A DNA stretch of 64,000 nucleotides, from contig JAPZRO010000001.1 in assembly GCA_027531395.1 (NCBI GenBank), positions 544,377-608,376 of the forward strand, written 5' to 3'. This document shows, in pieces, positions 36,476-45,863 of this stretch. Every line of letters begins with the position of its first letter. The first letter of the stretch is position 1. The DNA is from Porphyrobacter sp. (GTDB lineage: Bacteria > Pseudomonadota > Alphaproteobacteria > Sphingomonadales > Sphingomonadaceae). The position numbers and the translations under genes were made by a program. Below the pieces are notes generated by a model. That model had not been told where the DNA came from, did no database searches, and saw nothing but the letters and a program-made list of their open reading frames with translations.

Positions 36476-37264
36476 ATGCTGTCTGTCGCCACCTGGAACA
36501 TCAATTCGGCCCGCCTGCGCGTCGGCCTGATCGAAAAGCTGCTCACCGAAGCCGCGCCCGACATCCTGTGCCTGCAGGAGATCAAGTGCGAGAGCCATCT
36601 GTTCCCGGCCGAGGCGCTGGCGGCGCTGGGCTATACCCATCAGGCGGTGAGCGGGCAGAAGGGCTATCACGGGGTGGCGACCGTCAGCCGTGTGCCGATC
36701 CGCGAGGTCACCCGCCACGACTGGCAGGACAATGGCGAGGCGCGGCATATCGGGGTCGAGGTGCTGGGCAAGGACCTCCTCGTCGAGAACGTCTATGTCC
36801 CGGCAGGCGGCGACGTGCCCGATCGCGAGCTTAACCCCAAGTTCGGCCAGAAGCTCGACTTCCTCGGGCGCATGACAAGGTGGGCGGACACGCTCGATAA
36901 GCCGACGCTGATCGTCGGCGATTTCAACATCGCCCCGCTCGAAAGCGACGTGTGGAGCCACAAGCAACTCCTGAAGGTCGTCAGCCACACCCCCATCGAG
37001 GTCGAGACGCTGGGCAAGTTCCAGGACGCGCACGGCTGGGTCGATCTCGGCCGCCAGCACATCCCTGCACCCCAGCGCTACTATTCGTGGTGGAGCTATC
37101 GCAATCCGGGCTGGCAGGAGAACGACAAGGGCCGCCGCCTCGATCACATGTGGGCCTCGCCCGCCGTGGCGCAGCAGGCGCGGACGCACCGCGTGCTGGA
37201 AAACGCCCGGGCGTGGGAGCAGCCTTCCGATCACGTGCCGCTGATCACGGAGTTCGACCTCTGA
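36476..37264 (+). CDS. xthA: exodeoxyribonuclease III
   Basis: MLSVATWNINSARLR, CLQEIK, GDFNIAP, RLDHMW and PSDHVPL. An alternative ATG at 36455 adds 7 aa. Confidence 0.9.
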   Translation: MLSVATWNINSARLRVGLIEKLLTEAAPDILCLQEIKCESHLFPAEALAALGYTHQAVSGQKGYHGVATVSRVPIREVTRHDWQDNGEARHIGVEVLGKDLLVENVYVPAGGDVPDRELNPKFGQKLDFLGRMTRWADTLDKPTLIVGDFNIAPLESDVWSHKQLLKVVSHTPIEVETLGKFQDAHGWVDLGRQHIPAPQRYYSWWSYRNPGWQENDKGRRLDHMWASPAVAQQARTHRVLENARAWEQPSDHVPLITEFDL

Positions 37265-37299
37265 GTTCGCCTTCGCCTTCGCGCCGCGCCGCGCAGGCG

Positions 37300-38328
37300 G
37301 TGGACGCCCTGCGCCACGGCTGGCCGCTGGCGTTCGAGGGCGGGCCGACCCTGCTGCCGGTCGAAACCGCGATCGCGCAGGGTGCGCGCAGCCAGCGGAT
37401 GCTGATCTCCGCTGCGCGCGCCGTCACGCTCAAGCTCGCCAACCAGCGCGAGGCGGCTGTCCCGCACGCGCCCGTGCTGATCGCCGGGGGCGAGGACTTC
37501 ACCCTGCGCGAAGCGTTGCCGATTGCCGATCCGGCCTTGGACCTCGGCAACCCGCTGAAAGGCCCGTTCAAGGCGGTGACGCTCGACTGGGCTGAGACCG
37601 CCGCAGCCGCGCTTGAACTCGCGCGGATTGCCGGTATCCTGCCCGCTTTCCTCGTCGATCCGGTGGATGCGGGCGAGGCGGTGCCCATCGCCGCGTCTGA
37701 CCTCGCCGCCTATGCCGATGCGGGCGCCCTGCGCATCGTCACCCGCGCGCGACTGCCGGTCAGCGCCTGCGAGGAGGCCGAGATCGTCGCCTTCCGCTCG
37801 GCCGCCGACCTGCGCGAGCACGTGGCGCTGATCATCGGCAAGCAGTCGGGCGACCGCCTGCCGCTGGTGCGACTCCATTCGGAGTGCCTCACCGGCGACA
37901 TCCTCGGCAGCCTCAAGTGCGACTGCGGCCCGCAATTGGACGCCGCGCTCCACGCGATGGCGCACGAGGCGCGGGACAGCGGCGGCTGGGGCGTCCTGCT
38001 CTATATGCGGCAGGAGGGGCGCGGGATCGGGCTCGTCAACAAGCTGCGCGCCTATCGCTTGCAGGATCAGGGGTTTGATACGGTCGAGGCCAACCAGCGC
38101 CTCGGCCTGCCCGACGAAGCGCGCGACTTTCCGGTGGCGGCGCGGATGCTGGAGCTGCTCGGGGCGACCACCATCCGCCTGCTGACCAACAACCCCGCCA
38201 AGGTCGAAGCGCTATCCGCCGCCGGGATCGCGGTGAGCGAACGCGTGCCGCACCAGCTCCCCGAAAACCCGCACAACGCGCGCTATCTCGCCACCAAACG
38301 CGACAAGTCCGGGCATCTGCTGCTGTGA
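37300..38328 (+). CDS. ribA: GTP cyclohydrolase II with ~150-aa N-terminal extension
   Basis: RLHSECLTGDILGSLKCDCGPQL, LYMRQEGRGIGLVNKLRAY.LQD.G.DTVEAN and LLTNNP.K. Start is uncertain: GTG 37300 is the minimal call, and GTG 37213 would overlap xthA by 51 nt. The track start 36952 lies inside xthA. Confidence 0.85.
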   Translation: MDALRHGWPLAFEGGPTLLPVETAIAQGARSQRMLISAARAVTLKLANQREAAVPHAPVLIAGGEDFTLREALPIADPALDLGNPLKGPFKAVTLDWAETAAAALELARIAGILPAFLVDPVDAGEAVPIAASDLAAYADAGALRIVTRARLPVSACEEAEIVAFRSAADLREHVALIIGKQSGDRLPLVRLHSECLTGDILGSLKCDCGPQLDAALHAMAHEARDSGGWGVLLYMRQEGRGIGLVNKLRAYRLQDQGFDTVEANQRLGLPDEARDFPVAARMLELLGATTIRLLTNNPAKVEALSAAGIAVSERVPHQLPENPHNARYLATKRDKSGHLLL

Positions 38329-38837
38329 CCGCCGTCACCTTCCGCGAGGAGCGCCCCGGCGACGAGGCGGCCATTCACGATCTGGTGCGCCGCGCCTTCA
38401 TCGGCCGTCCTTATGCCGACGGGGACGAGCAGGACGTGATCGACCGGTTGCGCGCCGACGGCGATCTGCTGCTGTCACTGGTGGCCGAGCATGACGGCAC
38501 GATCATCGGCCAGATCACCTTCTCGCCCGCGCTGCTGGCAAACGGCGATGAGGGCTGGGTGGTGCTCGGCCCGGTGGCAATCGACCCGGCGCATCAGGGC
38601 AAGGGACTGGGCCGCGCGCTGATCCAGGCGGGCGAGGCGATCATGCAGGCTCGCGGCGCGCTGGGCATCACAGTGCTCGGCAACCCGGCGATATACGGAC
38701 GCTTCGGCTATGCGCAGAACACCCCGATGTGGCTGGCGGGGGAGCTTGGCTGGGCGTTTCAGGTGAAAAGTCTGGGCGGCCCGATCCCGGCGACCGAGCA
38801 GCGCTACGTGCGCGCCTTCGATCCGCCGGCCGCCTAG
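38325..38837 (+). CDS. GNAT-family N-acetyltransferase
   Basis: 170 aa. The acetyl-CoA loop QGKGLGRALI follows LGPVAIDP. GTG start overlaps the ribA stop (GTGA). Confidence 0.8.
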   Translation: MTAVTFREERPGDEAAIHDLVRRAFIGRPYADGDEQDVIDRLRADGDLLLSLVAEHDGTIIGQITFSPALLANGDEGWVVLGPVAIDPAHQGKGLGRALIQAGEAIMQARGALGITVLGNPAIYGRFGYAQNTPMWLAGELGWAFQVKSLGGPIPATEQRYVRAFDPPAA

Positions 38838-39784
38838 CGCCGTTCGTACTGCTTGATCCCGCTCGCGAGGCGGTTGCCCTGCATCACCACGCGCTCGCCC
38901 GTCCAGTCGGCGAGGAAGGCGCTCTGGCGGCTGAGGCCGGGGACGAAGCGGGCCTCGTTGTTCTCGATCCTCAGGCCATCGGACGGGTGGAGAATGTCCT
39001 CCGCCCCCAGGGCGATGAAGGCCGAGTAGTTCTCCTTGTCGCGGCCCTGCACGAACCAGTTGTCGATGATCCGGCCGCGGCTGCCGGCCGGCAGGTCGAT
39101 CATGTAATTGGTGGTGCGCCCGCCCGCATCGTCGAAGCTGTTGCCCTCGATCACCACCTCGGCGGCGCGCGCCTTGAGGTAATGGCCGCCGGTGCCGCGC
39201 TCGAACCGGCTCTCGCGCACGGTAAGCGAGCCAATGTCGCCGATATAGATCGAATGCGCGCAGCCCGCGTCGTTCTCGCAGGTGCCCAGCCCCGAGAAGG
39301 TCGAGCGGGTGATGAACACGCGGATCGCCGGATCGGCAGCGGTGAGGATACCCTGCTGGCTGTTCTCGAACCGCGCCAGCGCGACATTGAGCGCCCCTGC
39401 CTCCAGCCGGATGCCCGCGCCGTTGCCGTCGGCGACATTGATGCCGCTGAAGGTCAGCCCGCGGATTTCCGCCCCGGTGCCGCGCAGCACCAGCGCCGCC
39501 TTGCCCTCGCAGGCGCGGCCCGAAAGGGTGGCGGTGCCGGGGGTGGTGGCCTCGTAGACGATCACGCCCTGCTCCTGCACCGCGCACTGGCGCCAATTGC
39601 CTGCGGCGATGCGGATCGTGGCGCGGCTGTTGCCGACCGCGTTGATCGCGTCCTGCAAGCTGGCATAGCCGCGCCCGGTTTCGACCACGGTAAAGGGCGC
39701 AGTGCTGCTCTGGCCGGAGACTGCGGCAAGCGGCAGGACGAGGGCGGCCAGCATCAGGGCCGTGCGGAGGGAAAGGCGGGTCAT
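38834..39784 (-). CDS. secreted right-handed parallel beta-helix repeat protein
   Basis: Signal peptide (LMLAALVLPLAAVSGQ). Periodic G/N/I-rich ~22-aa repeats (GINVADGNGAGIRLE, ENSQQGILTA, IYIGDIGSLTVRES, VIEGNSF). ATG 39784 chosen over track TTG 39793. Confidence 0.7.
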   Translation of the reverse strand: MTRLSLRTALMLAALVLPLAAVSGQSSTAPFTVVETGRGYASLQDAINAVGNSRATIRIAAGNWRQCAVQEQGVIVYEATTPGTATLSGRACEGKAALVLRGTGAEIRGLTFSGINVADGNGAGIRLEAGALNVALARFENSQQGILTAADPAIRVFITRSTFSGLGTCENDAGCAHSIYIGDIGSLTVRESRFERGTGGHYLKARAAEVVIEGNSFDDAGGRTTNYMIDLPAGSRGRIIDNWFVQGRDKENYSAFIALGAEDILHPSDGLRIENNEARFVPGLSRQSAFLADWTGERVVMQGNRLASGIKQYERR

Positions 39785-39917
39785 GGCGCGCAATATAAGC
39801 CAGAATCGTTAAGGCACCATTTGGCGCTTGGCCTCGCCCCCCCAGCTTGGCTAAACCCTCGCGCGTTGCCGCCGGACGAGGCTCCGGCGCTGTCACGGGA
39901 TTTGAGGAGAGACAGTG

Positions 39918-40205
39918 ATGAACACCCGCGCCACCTTTGGCACCCTGGCCCTCGCCGCACTGATGCTGGCCGCTTGCGGCAGCTCGGACGACGCCTCGAC
40001 CGAAGCCACCGCCGACACCGTCGAGATGCCGGCTGACGAAGCGCTTGAAGCGATCAGCGACGAGCCGGTTGCCGACCCTGAAGCCACCGCGACCGACGCG
40101 CCCGAAACCGACGCCGCTGCCGAAGCGACCGCGGAAGAGGCTGCCGATGCTGCGGCGGACGTCGCTGCCGAGGCCGCCGCTGCCGCCGAAGACAAGAGCG
40201 AATAG
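39918..40205 (+). CDS. small acidic low-complexity lipoprotein
   Basis: Lipobox LMLAAC, then an A/E/D/T-rich tail. GAGGAGAG RBS 6 nt upstream of ATG 39918. Confidence 0.5.
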   Translation: MNTRATFGTLALAALMLAACGSSDDASTEATADTVEMPADEALEAISDEPVADPEATATDAPETDAAAEATAEEAADAAADVAAEAAAAAEDKSE

Positions 40206-40215
40206 GCGAGAGGCG

Positions 40216-40443
40216 GTGCGCCGCGCTCCGGCCCTGCTGCTGCCCCTCGCGCTGCTCCCGGCGCTCGCCGCCTGCGACAGTGCGGGGGCGGACGCGCCAG
40301 GCGGGGTCAGCGCGGGCGAGGCCGAGGCGCTGGAGGATGCAGCCGAAATGCTCGACCAGCGCCGCCTTCCGCCCGAGGCGCTCCCGCCCGAAGCGGCCCC
40401 TGCCGAAATGACAGGCGACACCGGCGGCCAGACCCGTCAGTGA
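40216..40443 (+). CDS. small lipoprotein (75 aa)
   Basis: GTG 40216 follows GAGAGG. MRRAPALLLPLALLPALAAC lipobox. This is the C-terminal part of track ORF 40045..40443. Confidence 0.45.
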   Translation: MRRAPALLLPLALLPALAACDSAGADAPGGVSAGEAEALEDAAEMLDQRRLPPEALPPEAAPAEMTGDTGGQTRQ

Positions 40444-40514
40444 CCGCGCCGACCCTGTAACGAACCGGCAGCTCTGCCCAGCGCAAGCGTGCCGACGCAA
40501 GGATAGTGTCTGCC

Positions 40515-41717
40515 ATGAATGCCCCCAGCACCATCTCCAGCCAGCGCAACACCGGCATGGACGAGGAAACCTTCGAGCAGTTCGCCGAGCAGCTGACCCG
40601 CTACGTGCGCGAGCGGCTGATCCCGGCCGAGCCCGAGGTGATCGCCAACGATCGGATTCCCGAGGAAATCCTCAAGGAAATGCGCGAGATGGGGCTGTTC
40701 GGCCTGTCGGTGCCCGAGGAATATGGCGGCGCGGGGCTCAACATGACGCAGTACGCCCGCGTGGTGAACATCATGGCCTATGCCGCGCCCGCCTACCGTT
40801 CGATCTTCTCGATCAATGTCGGCATGTTCGCGAGCGCGCTCAAGAACGGCGCGACCGAGGGGCAGAAGGCCGAATGGTATCCCAAGATCGCGGAAGGCCG
40901 GATCGCCTGCTTCGGCCTGACCGAACCGGGTTCGGGCAGCGACAGCGCAGGCCTTGCGACCACCGCCGTGCCTGATCCTGACGGCAATGGCTGGATCCTC
41001 AACGGCACCAAGCGCTACATCACCAACGCCCCCCACGCCGATGTCGCGCTGATCATGGCGCGCACCAGCAAGGAGGCGCTGCCCAAGAACGCGCACGTGT
41101 CCGCCTTCATCGTGCCGATGGACAGCCCCGGCATCTCGCGCGGCTCGCCGGACCGGAAGATGGGGCAGTCGGGCTCGCACATCTCCGACATCATGCTCGA
41201 CGACGTGCGCGTGCCGGGTGATGCGCTGCTCGGCGGGGAGACCGGCAAGGGCTTTGTCTTCGCGATGAAGAGCCTCGACAACGGCCGCATCTCGGTGGGC
41301 GCGGCGGCGACCGGCTATGCCCGCCGCGCGCTGGACTCCGCGCTGCGCTACGCCAACGAGCGCAAGGCGTTTGGCGAGCCGATCGCCAATTTCCAGCTAA
41401 TCCAGCAGATGCTCGCCGACAGCGAGATCGAGATCTATGCCGCCGAGAGCATGATGAAGGACGTGACCGCGCGGGCCGACGCGGGCGAGAACATCCTCGT
41501 CAAGGCGGCGGCCTTCAAGGTCTTCGCCTCGGAGATGTGCGGCCGCGTGGTCGACCGCGTGGTGCAGATCTACGGCGGCGCGGGCTATCTGGCCGAATAC
41601 GACGCCGAGCGGTTCTTCCGCGATGCGCGCATCTACCGCATCTACGAAGGCACGACGCAGATCCTGCAACTCCAGATCGCCAAGCACATGCTGCGCGAAT
41701 GGAGCGGCAATGTATAA
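40515..41717 (+). CDS. acyl-CoA dehydrogenase
   Basis: LTEPGSGSD, NGTKRYITNA, GRISVGAAATG, IYGGAGY and RIYEGTTQI. Start options are GTG 40506, ATG 40515 and ATG 40557. Confidence 0.88.
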   Translation: MNAPSTISSQRNTGMDEETFEQFAEQLTRYVRERLIPAEPEVIANDRIPEEILKEMREMGLFGLSVPEEYGGAGLNMTQYARVVNIMAYAAPAYRSIFSINVGMFASALKNGATEGQKAEWYPKIAEGRIACFGLTEPGSGSDSAGLATTAVPDPDGNGWILNGTKRYITNAPHADVALIMARTSKEALPKNAHVSAFIVPMDSPGISRGSPDRKMGQSGSHISDIMLDDVRVPGDALLGGETGKGFVFAMKSLDNGRISVGAAATGYARRALDSALRYANERKAFGEPIANFQLIQQMLADSEIEIYAAESMMKDVTARADAGENILVKAAAFKVFASEMCGRVVDRVVQIYGGAGYLAEYDAERFFRDARIYRIYEGTTQILQLQIAKHMLREWSGNV

Positions 41718-42942
41718 TCTTCTCAATGACCTGAGCATCGTCGAAGTCTCGAGCTTCGTCGCCTCGCCCACTGCCGGGCTCTACTGCGCGCAGATGGGCG
41801 CGGAGGTGATCCGCGTCGATCACAAGGCGGGCGGGCTCGACTACAACCGCTATATGCTGACCCGCGAGGGGCGGAGCCTCTCGTGGGAGAACCTCAACCG
41901 CGCCAAGAAATCGGTCGCGCTCGATCTGCAATCGGGCGAGGGGCGCGAGCTGCTGGTCGAGCTGGCGAGCGCGGTCGGCCAGTGCATCACCAACCTGCCC
42001 GAGCAGAGCTTCCTCAGCCACGCCGCGATGCAGGCGAAGCGTGCGGACATGATCTCCCTGCGCATCATGGGCTGGCACGACGGGCGGCAGGCGATGGACT
42101 TCACCGTCAACGCCGCTGCCGGCTATCCGCTGATGTGCGGGCCGGAGGACTGGGACCCGGCGACTGCGCCCCCCGTCAACCAGGTGCTGCCCGCGTGGGA
42201 CTTCATCACCGGCGCCTATTCCGCCTTCGCCATGCTCGCCGCGCTCCACCATCGCAGCCGCACCGGCGAGGGCAGCGAAGTGCGCGTGCCGCTCGGGGAC
42301 GTCGCGATCGGGACGCTCGCCAACTCGGGGACGATGGCGGAAATGCTCTATCGCGGGGCGGACCGCGAGCGGCTCGGCAATGCGATCTGGGGCGCGTTCG
42401 GGCGCGATTTCCGCTCGAAGGACGGCAAGCGCTTCATGGTCGCCGCGCTCACGCCCAAACAGTGGAGCGGGCTCGTCAAGGCCTTCGGGATCGCCGAGCC
42501 GATGGCCGCGCTCGAAGCCGAACTCGGCGTGCGTTTCGCCGATGGCGACACGCCGCGCTTCCAGCACCGCGCGCGGCTGTTCGCGCTGTTCCAGCAGGCG
42601 GCAGGCGAGATGGATTACGATAGCCTCGCCGCGCGCATGGCGGCCGAGGGCTGCACCTTCGAGCGTTACCGCACCGCCCACGAGGCCGCGAACGACCCGC
42701 AGCTGGTGGCCGACAACCCGCTGTTCGGCCCCTCGCCCGCCAACCCCTCGGGCTTCGCCTATCCCGCCACCCGCAGCTTCGCCAACTTCCCGGGCCGCGA
42801 GGTCGGCGACCCCCGGCCCGCGCCCTATCTCGGCGAGCATTCCGAGGAAGTGCTGGCCGACAAGCTCGGCCTGTCCTCGGGCACGATCGGCAAGCTGATC
42901 GACGCGGGGACGGTGGCTCTTTCAGACAAGGACAGGACATGA
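41710..42942 (+). CDS. family III (CaiB/BaiF-type) CoA-transferase
   Basis: The N-terminus LSIVEVSSFVASPTAGLYCAQMGAEVIRVD is typical of the family. Starts at ATG 41710, with an 8-nt overlap with the upstream ACAD. Confidence 0.85.
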   Translation: MYNLLNDLSIVEVSSFVASPTAGLYCAQMGAEVIRVDHKAGGLDYNRYMLTREGRSLSWENLNRAKKSVALDLQSGEGRELLVELASAVGQCITNLPEQSFLSHAAMQAKRADMISLRIMGWHDGRQAMDFTVNAAAGYPLMCGPEDWDPATAPPVNQVLPAWDFITGAYSAFAMLAALHHRSRTGEGSEVRVPLGDVAIGTLANSGTMAEMLYRGADRERLGNAIWGAFGRDFRSKDGKRFMVAALTPKQWSGLVKAFGIAEPMAALEAELGVRFADGDTPRFQHRARLFALFQQAAGEMDYDSLAARMAAEGCTFERYRTAHEAANDPQLVADNPLFGPSPANPSGFAYPATRSFANFPGREVGDPRPAPYLGEHSEEVLADKLGLSSGTIGKLIDAGTVALSDKDRT

Positions 42943-44165
42943 CCAGACGCGCCGCCATCTGCACTCCGCTGCGCACCCCGGTGGGCAAGTTCCTCGGCGG
43001 GCTGTCGAGCATGAACGCCGGACAGCTCGGCGCGGTGATCCTCAAGGCGCTGATGGAGCGCAGCGGCATTGATCCGGCGCGCGTCGACGACGTCGTCTTC
43101 TCGCAGGGCTACGGCAATGGCGAGGCCCCGGCGATCGGCCACTGGAGCTGGCTGGCGGCGGGGCTCCCCATCGAAGTTCCCGGCTTCCAGCTTGACCGCC
43201 GCTGCGGCTCGGGGGTGCAGGCGGTGGCGACCGCAGCAATGATGGTCGAGACCGGCATGGCCGATGTTGTGGTCGCGGGCGGCGTCGAGTCCATGTCCAA
43301 TGTCGAACACTACACCCTCGCCGCGCGCGGGGGCGTGCGGATGGGGGACATGGTGCTGCATGACCGCCTCTCGCGCGGCCGGGTGATGAGCCAGCCGGTC
43401 GAACGTTTCGGCGTCATCACCGGCATGATCGAGACGGCGGAGAACCTCGCCAAGGATTACGGCATCACCCGCGAGGAGGCCGATGCCTTCGCGGTGCGCT
43501 CGCACCAGAACGCGGCCAAGGCCTGGGCCGAGAACCGCTTTGCCGAGCAGCTCGTCCCCGTCACGATCCCGAGCCGCAAGGGCGAGCCCGTCATCTTCGA
43601 CCACGACGAGGGCTACCGCACCGACGCCAGCATGGAGACCCTCGGCAAGCTTGCGCCGATCGACCTGAAGCGCGATCCGGCCGCCATCGTCACGGCGGGC
43701 AATGCCAGCCAGCAGAACGATGCGGCGGCAGCCTGTCTGGTGGTCGCCGAGGACAAGCTGGAGGAACTCGGCCTCACTCCCATGCTGTGGTTCGGCGGCT
43801 GGGCCGCGGCGGGCTGCGATCCTTCGCGCATGGGGATCGGCCCCGTGCCCGCGGTCGAGCGACTGTTCGAACGGCGCGGCTACAGCTGGGATGATATCGG
43901 CCTCGTCGAACTCAACGAGGCCTTCGCCCCGCAGGTGCTCGCCGTGCTCAAGGGCTGGGGCTGGTCGGCGGACGACAGCCGCCGCGAGATCCTCAATGTC
44001 AATGGTTCGGGCATCAGCCTCGGCCATCCCATCGGCGCCACGGGCGGGCGCATCCTTGCCGACATGGCGCACGAAATGCACCGGCGCGGCGTGCGCTACG
44101 GGCTGGAGACCATGTGCATCGGCGGCGGTCAGGGCATCGCGGCGGTGTTCGAGCGCGCCGAATGA
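42939..44165 (+). CDS. acetyl-CoA C-acyltransferase (thiolase)
   Basis: 408 aa. Active-site DRRCGSGVQA, NEAFAPQ, GHPIGATG and CIGGGQG. ATGA overlap upstream. Confidence 0.92.
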   Translation: MTRRAAICTPLRTPVGKFLGGLSSMNAGQLGAVILKALMERSGIDPARVDDVVFSQGYGNGEAPAIGHWSWLAAGLPIEVPGFQLDRRCGSGVQAVATAAMMVETGMADVVVAGGVESMSNVEHYTLAARGGVRMGDMVLHDRLSRGRVMSQPVERFGVITGMIETAENLAKDYGITREEADAFAVRSHQNAAKAWAENRFAEQLVPVTIPSRKGEPVIFDHDEGYRTDASMETLGKLAPIDLKRDPAAIVTAGNASQQNDAAAACLVVAEDKLEELGLTPMLWFGGWAAAGCDPSRMGIGPVPAVERLFERRGYSWDDIGLVELNEAFAPQVLAVLKGWGWSADDSRREILNVNGSGISLGHPIGATGGRILADMAHEMHRRGVRYGLETMCIGGGQGIAAVFERAE

Positions 44166-45010
44166 GCTTCGAGGCGTGGATCGGGCGCGAGACCCGCGCC
44201 ACCGACCGCCTCGACGAGGGGCTGGCCGCGCGCTGGCTCGCGACCTTCGATCTGCCGCATCCCCATCCACCGATCATGCCGCAGGGCATCCATTTCGCGC
44301 TCTGCACCCCCGATGCGCCGACGGCAAAGCTGGGCGAGGACGGGCACCCGGCGCGTGACGACAGCCCCGACAGCTTCCTGCCGCCCTTCCCCATGCCGCG
44401 CCGGATGTGGGCGTCATCGAAGATCGCCTTCCATGCCCCCATCGCCATCGGCGCGGCGGTGGAGCGCACCAGCCGCGTCGTCTCGGTCAGCGAGAAGGAA
44501 GGGGGCTCGGGCCGCCTCGCCTTCGTCGATGTCGAGCACCAGACGCTCGCCAACGGCACCGTCGCGGTGATCGAGACCCAGACGCTGGTCTATCGCGAGG
44601 CCGCCGCGCCCGATGCCCCGCTCTCCCCGCCGCCGCCGGGCGAGGGGCATTTCTCCCCCGAGGGGTGGGACGCGCATCGCGCCATCACCCCCGATGCGCG
44701 CCTGCTGTTCCGCTACTCGGCGCTGACCTTCAACACCCACCGCATCCATTACGATGCGCCCTACGCCGAGCAGATCGAGCGCTATCGCGGCCTGGTGGTC
44801 CACGGCCCGCTGACCGCGAGCCTGCTGCTGCAACTGGCGGCAAGCGAGCTCGGCGAGAACCGCTTGCGCACGTTCAGTTTCCGCGGCCTCTCCCCCGCCA
44901 TCGCGGGCGAGCCGCTGCATCTGGTGATGCGCGCGAAGGACGAGAGCTACGAGCTCGCGGCCTTTGCCGGCGACGGGCGGCAGGTGACGGCGGCTTCGGC
45001 CACGGTCTGA
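44162..45010 (+). CDS. double hot-dog MaoC-like (FAS1-type N-terminal) acyl dehydratase/hydratase
   Basis: 282 aa. RRMWASSKI and YSALTFNTHRIHYD...YRGLVVHGPL blocks. ATGA overlap with the thiolase. Confidence 0.72.
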   Translation: MSFEAWIGRETRATDRLDEGLAARWLATFDLPHPHPPIMPQGIHFALCTPDAPTAKLGEDGHPARDDSPDSFLPPFPMPRRMWASSKIAFHAPIAIGAAVERTSRVVSVSEKEGGSGRLAFVDVEHQTLANGTVAVIETQTLVYREAAAPDAPLSPPPPGEGHFSPEGWDAHRAITPDARLLFRYSALTFNTHRIHYDAPYAEQIERYRGLVVHGPLTASLLLQLAASELGENRLRTFSFRGLSPAIAGEPLHLVMRAKDESYELAAFAGDGRQVTAASATV

Positions 45011-45035
45011 TCGTCCTCCTTTAAGCGAGAGGGAA

Positions 45036-45809
45036 TTACCCCTCCCAGTTGGCAATCGGCTTCAGGACCTTGAATTTTTCCTTCGCAGGCTCGCGCCCAA
45101 GATCGGGGAAGTCGATCGCATCCGGTTCGGCGTGGGTATCGGGAATGCGGCTGAGCAGATCGCGCACCAGCGTCAGCCGGCCGCGGCGCTGGTCGTTGAA
45201 ATCGACGATGGTCCACGGCGCATGGTTTGTGTGGGTGGCCTTCAGCATCGCCTCGCGCGCCTTGGTGTAGTCGTCGTATTTCTCGCGCGCCGCGAGATCG
45301 ATCGGCGATAGCTTCCAGCGCTTCAGCGGGTCTTCCAGCCGTTCCTTGAGCCGCGCTTCCTGCTCGGCCTGATCGGCAGCAAGCCAATATTTGAACAGCA
45401 GGATGCCATCGTCGACCAGCAGCTTCTCGAAGGCCGGCGCCGCCTTGAGGAAGGCTTCGACCTGCGCCGGCGAAGCATAGCCCATCACCTTCTCGACGCC
45501 CGCGCGGTTGTACCACGAGCGGTCGAACAGCACGATCTCGCCCGCCGCCGGCAGGTAGGGGACGTAGCGCTGGAAATACCACTGGGTGGTCTCGGCCTCG
45601 GTCGGCTTGGACAGCGCGACGGTCCGGCACTGGCGCGGGTTGAGCTTCTCGCGCACCGCGGTGATCGCACCGCCCTTGCCCGCCGTGTCGCGCCCCTCGA
45701 ACAGCACCACGATGCGCGCACCGGTCGCCTTGGCCCAACGCGCCATGCTCACCAGTTCGAAGGTCAGCGGCTTGAGCGCCTCCTCGTATGCCTCGCGCTT
45801 CATTCCCAT
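45036..45809 (-). CDS. ppk2: polyphosphate kinase 2
   Basis: VVLFEGRDTAGKGG (Walker A), DRSWYNRAGVE and KRWKLSPID. Start ATG 45809 lies 6 nt after GGGGAG; the track start 46316 lies inside phhA antisense. Confidence 0.9.
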   Translation of the reverse strand: MGMKREAYEEALKPLTFELVSMARWAKATGARIVVLFEGRDTAGKGGAITAVREKLNPRQCRTVALSKPTEAETTQWYFQRYVPYLPAAGEIVLFDRSWYNRAGVEKVMGYASPAQVEAFLKAAPAFEKLLVDDGILLFKYWLAADQAEQEARLKERLEDPLKRWKLSPIDLAAREKYDDYTKAREAMLKATHTNHAPWTIVDFNDQRRGRLTLVRDLLSRIPDTHAEPDAIDFPDLGREPAKEKFKVLKPIANWEG

Positions 45810-45863
45810 CGGCATCTCCCCCGTTTGTGCTGGCGGCGCGAAAGTAGTATCATCTGCAACGAT

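Noticed and set aside
38475-40421. 648-aa minus-strand ORF spanning the GNAT, beta-helix and lipoprotein region
   Set aside because: It crosses several independently supported genes in different frames and strands and has low-complexity R/G/A/P composition. The in-frame beta-helix protein is a different minus frame (38834..39784).
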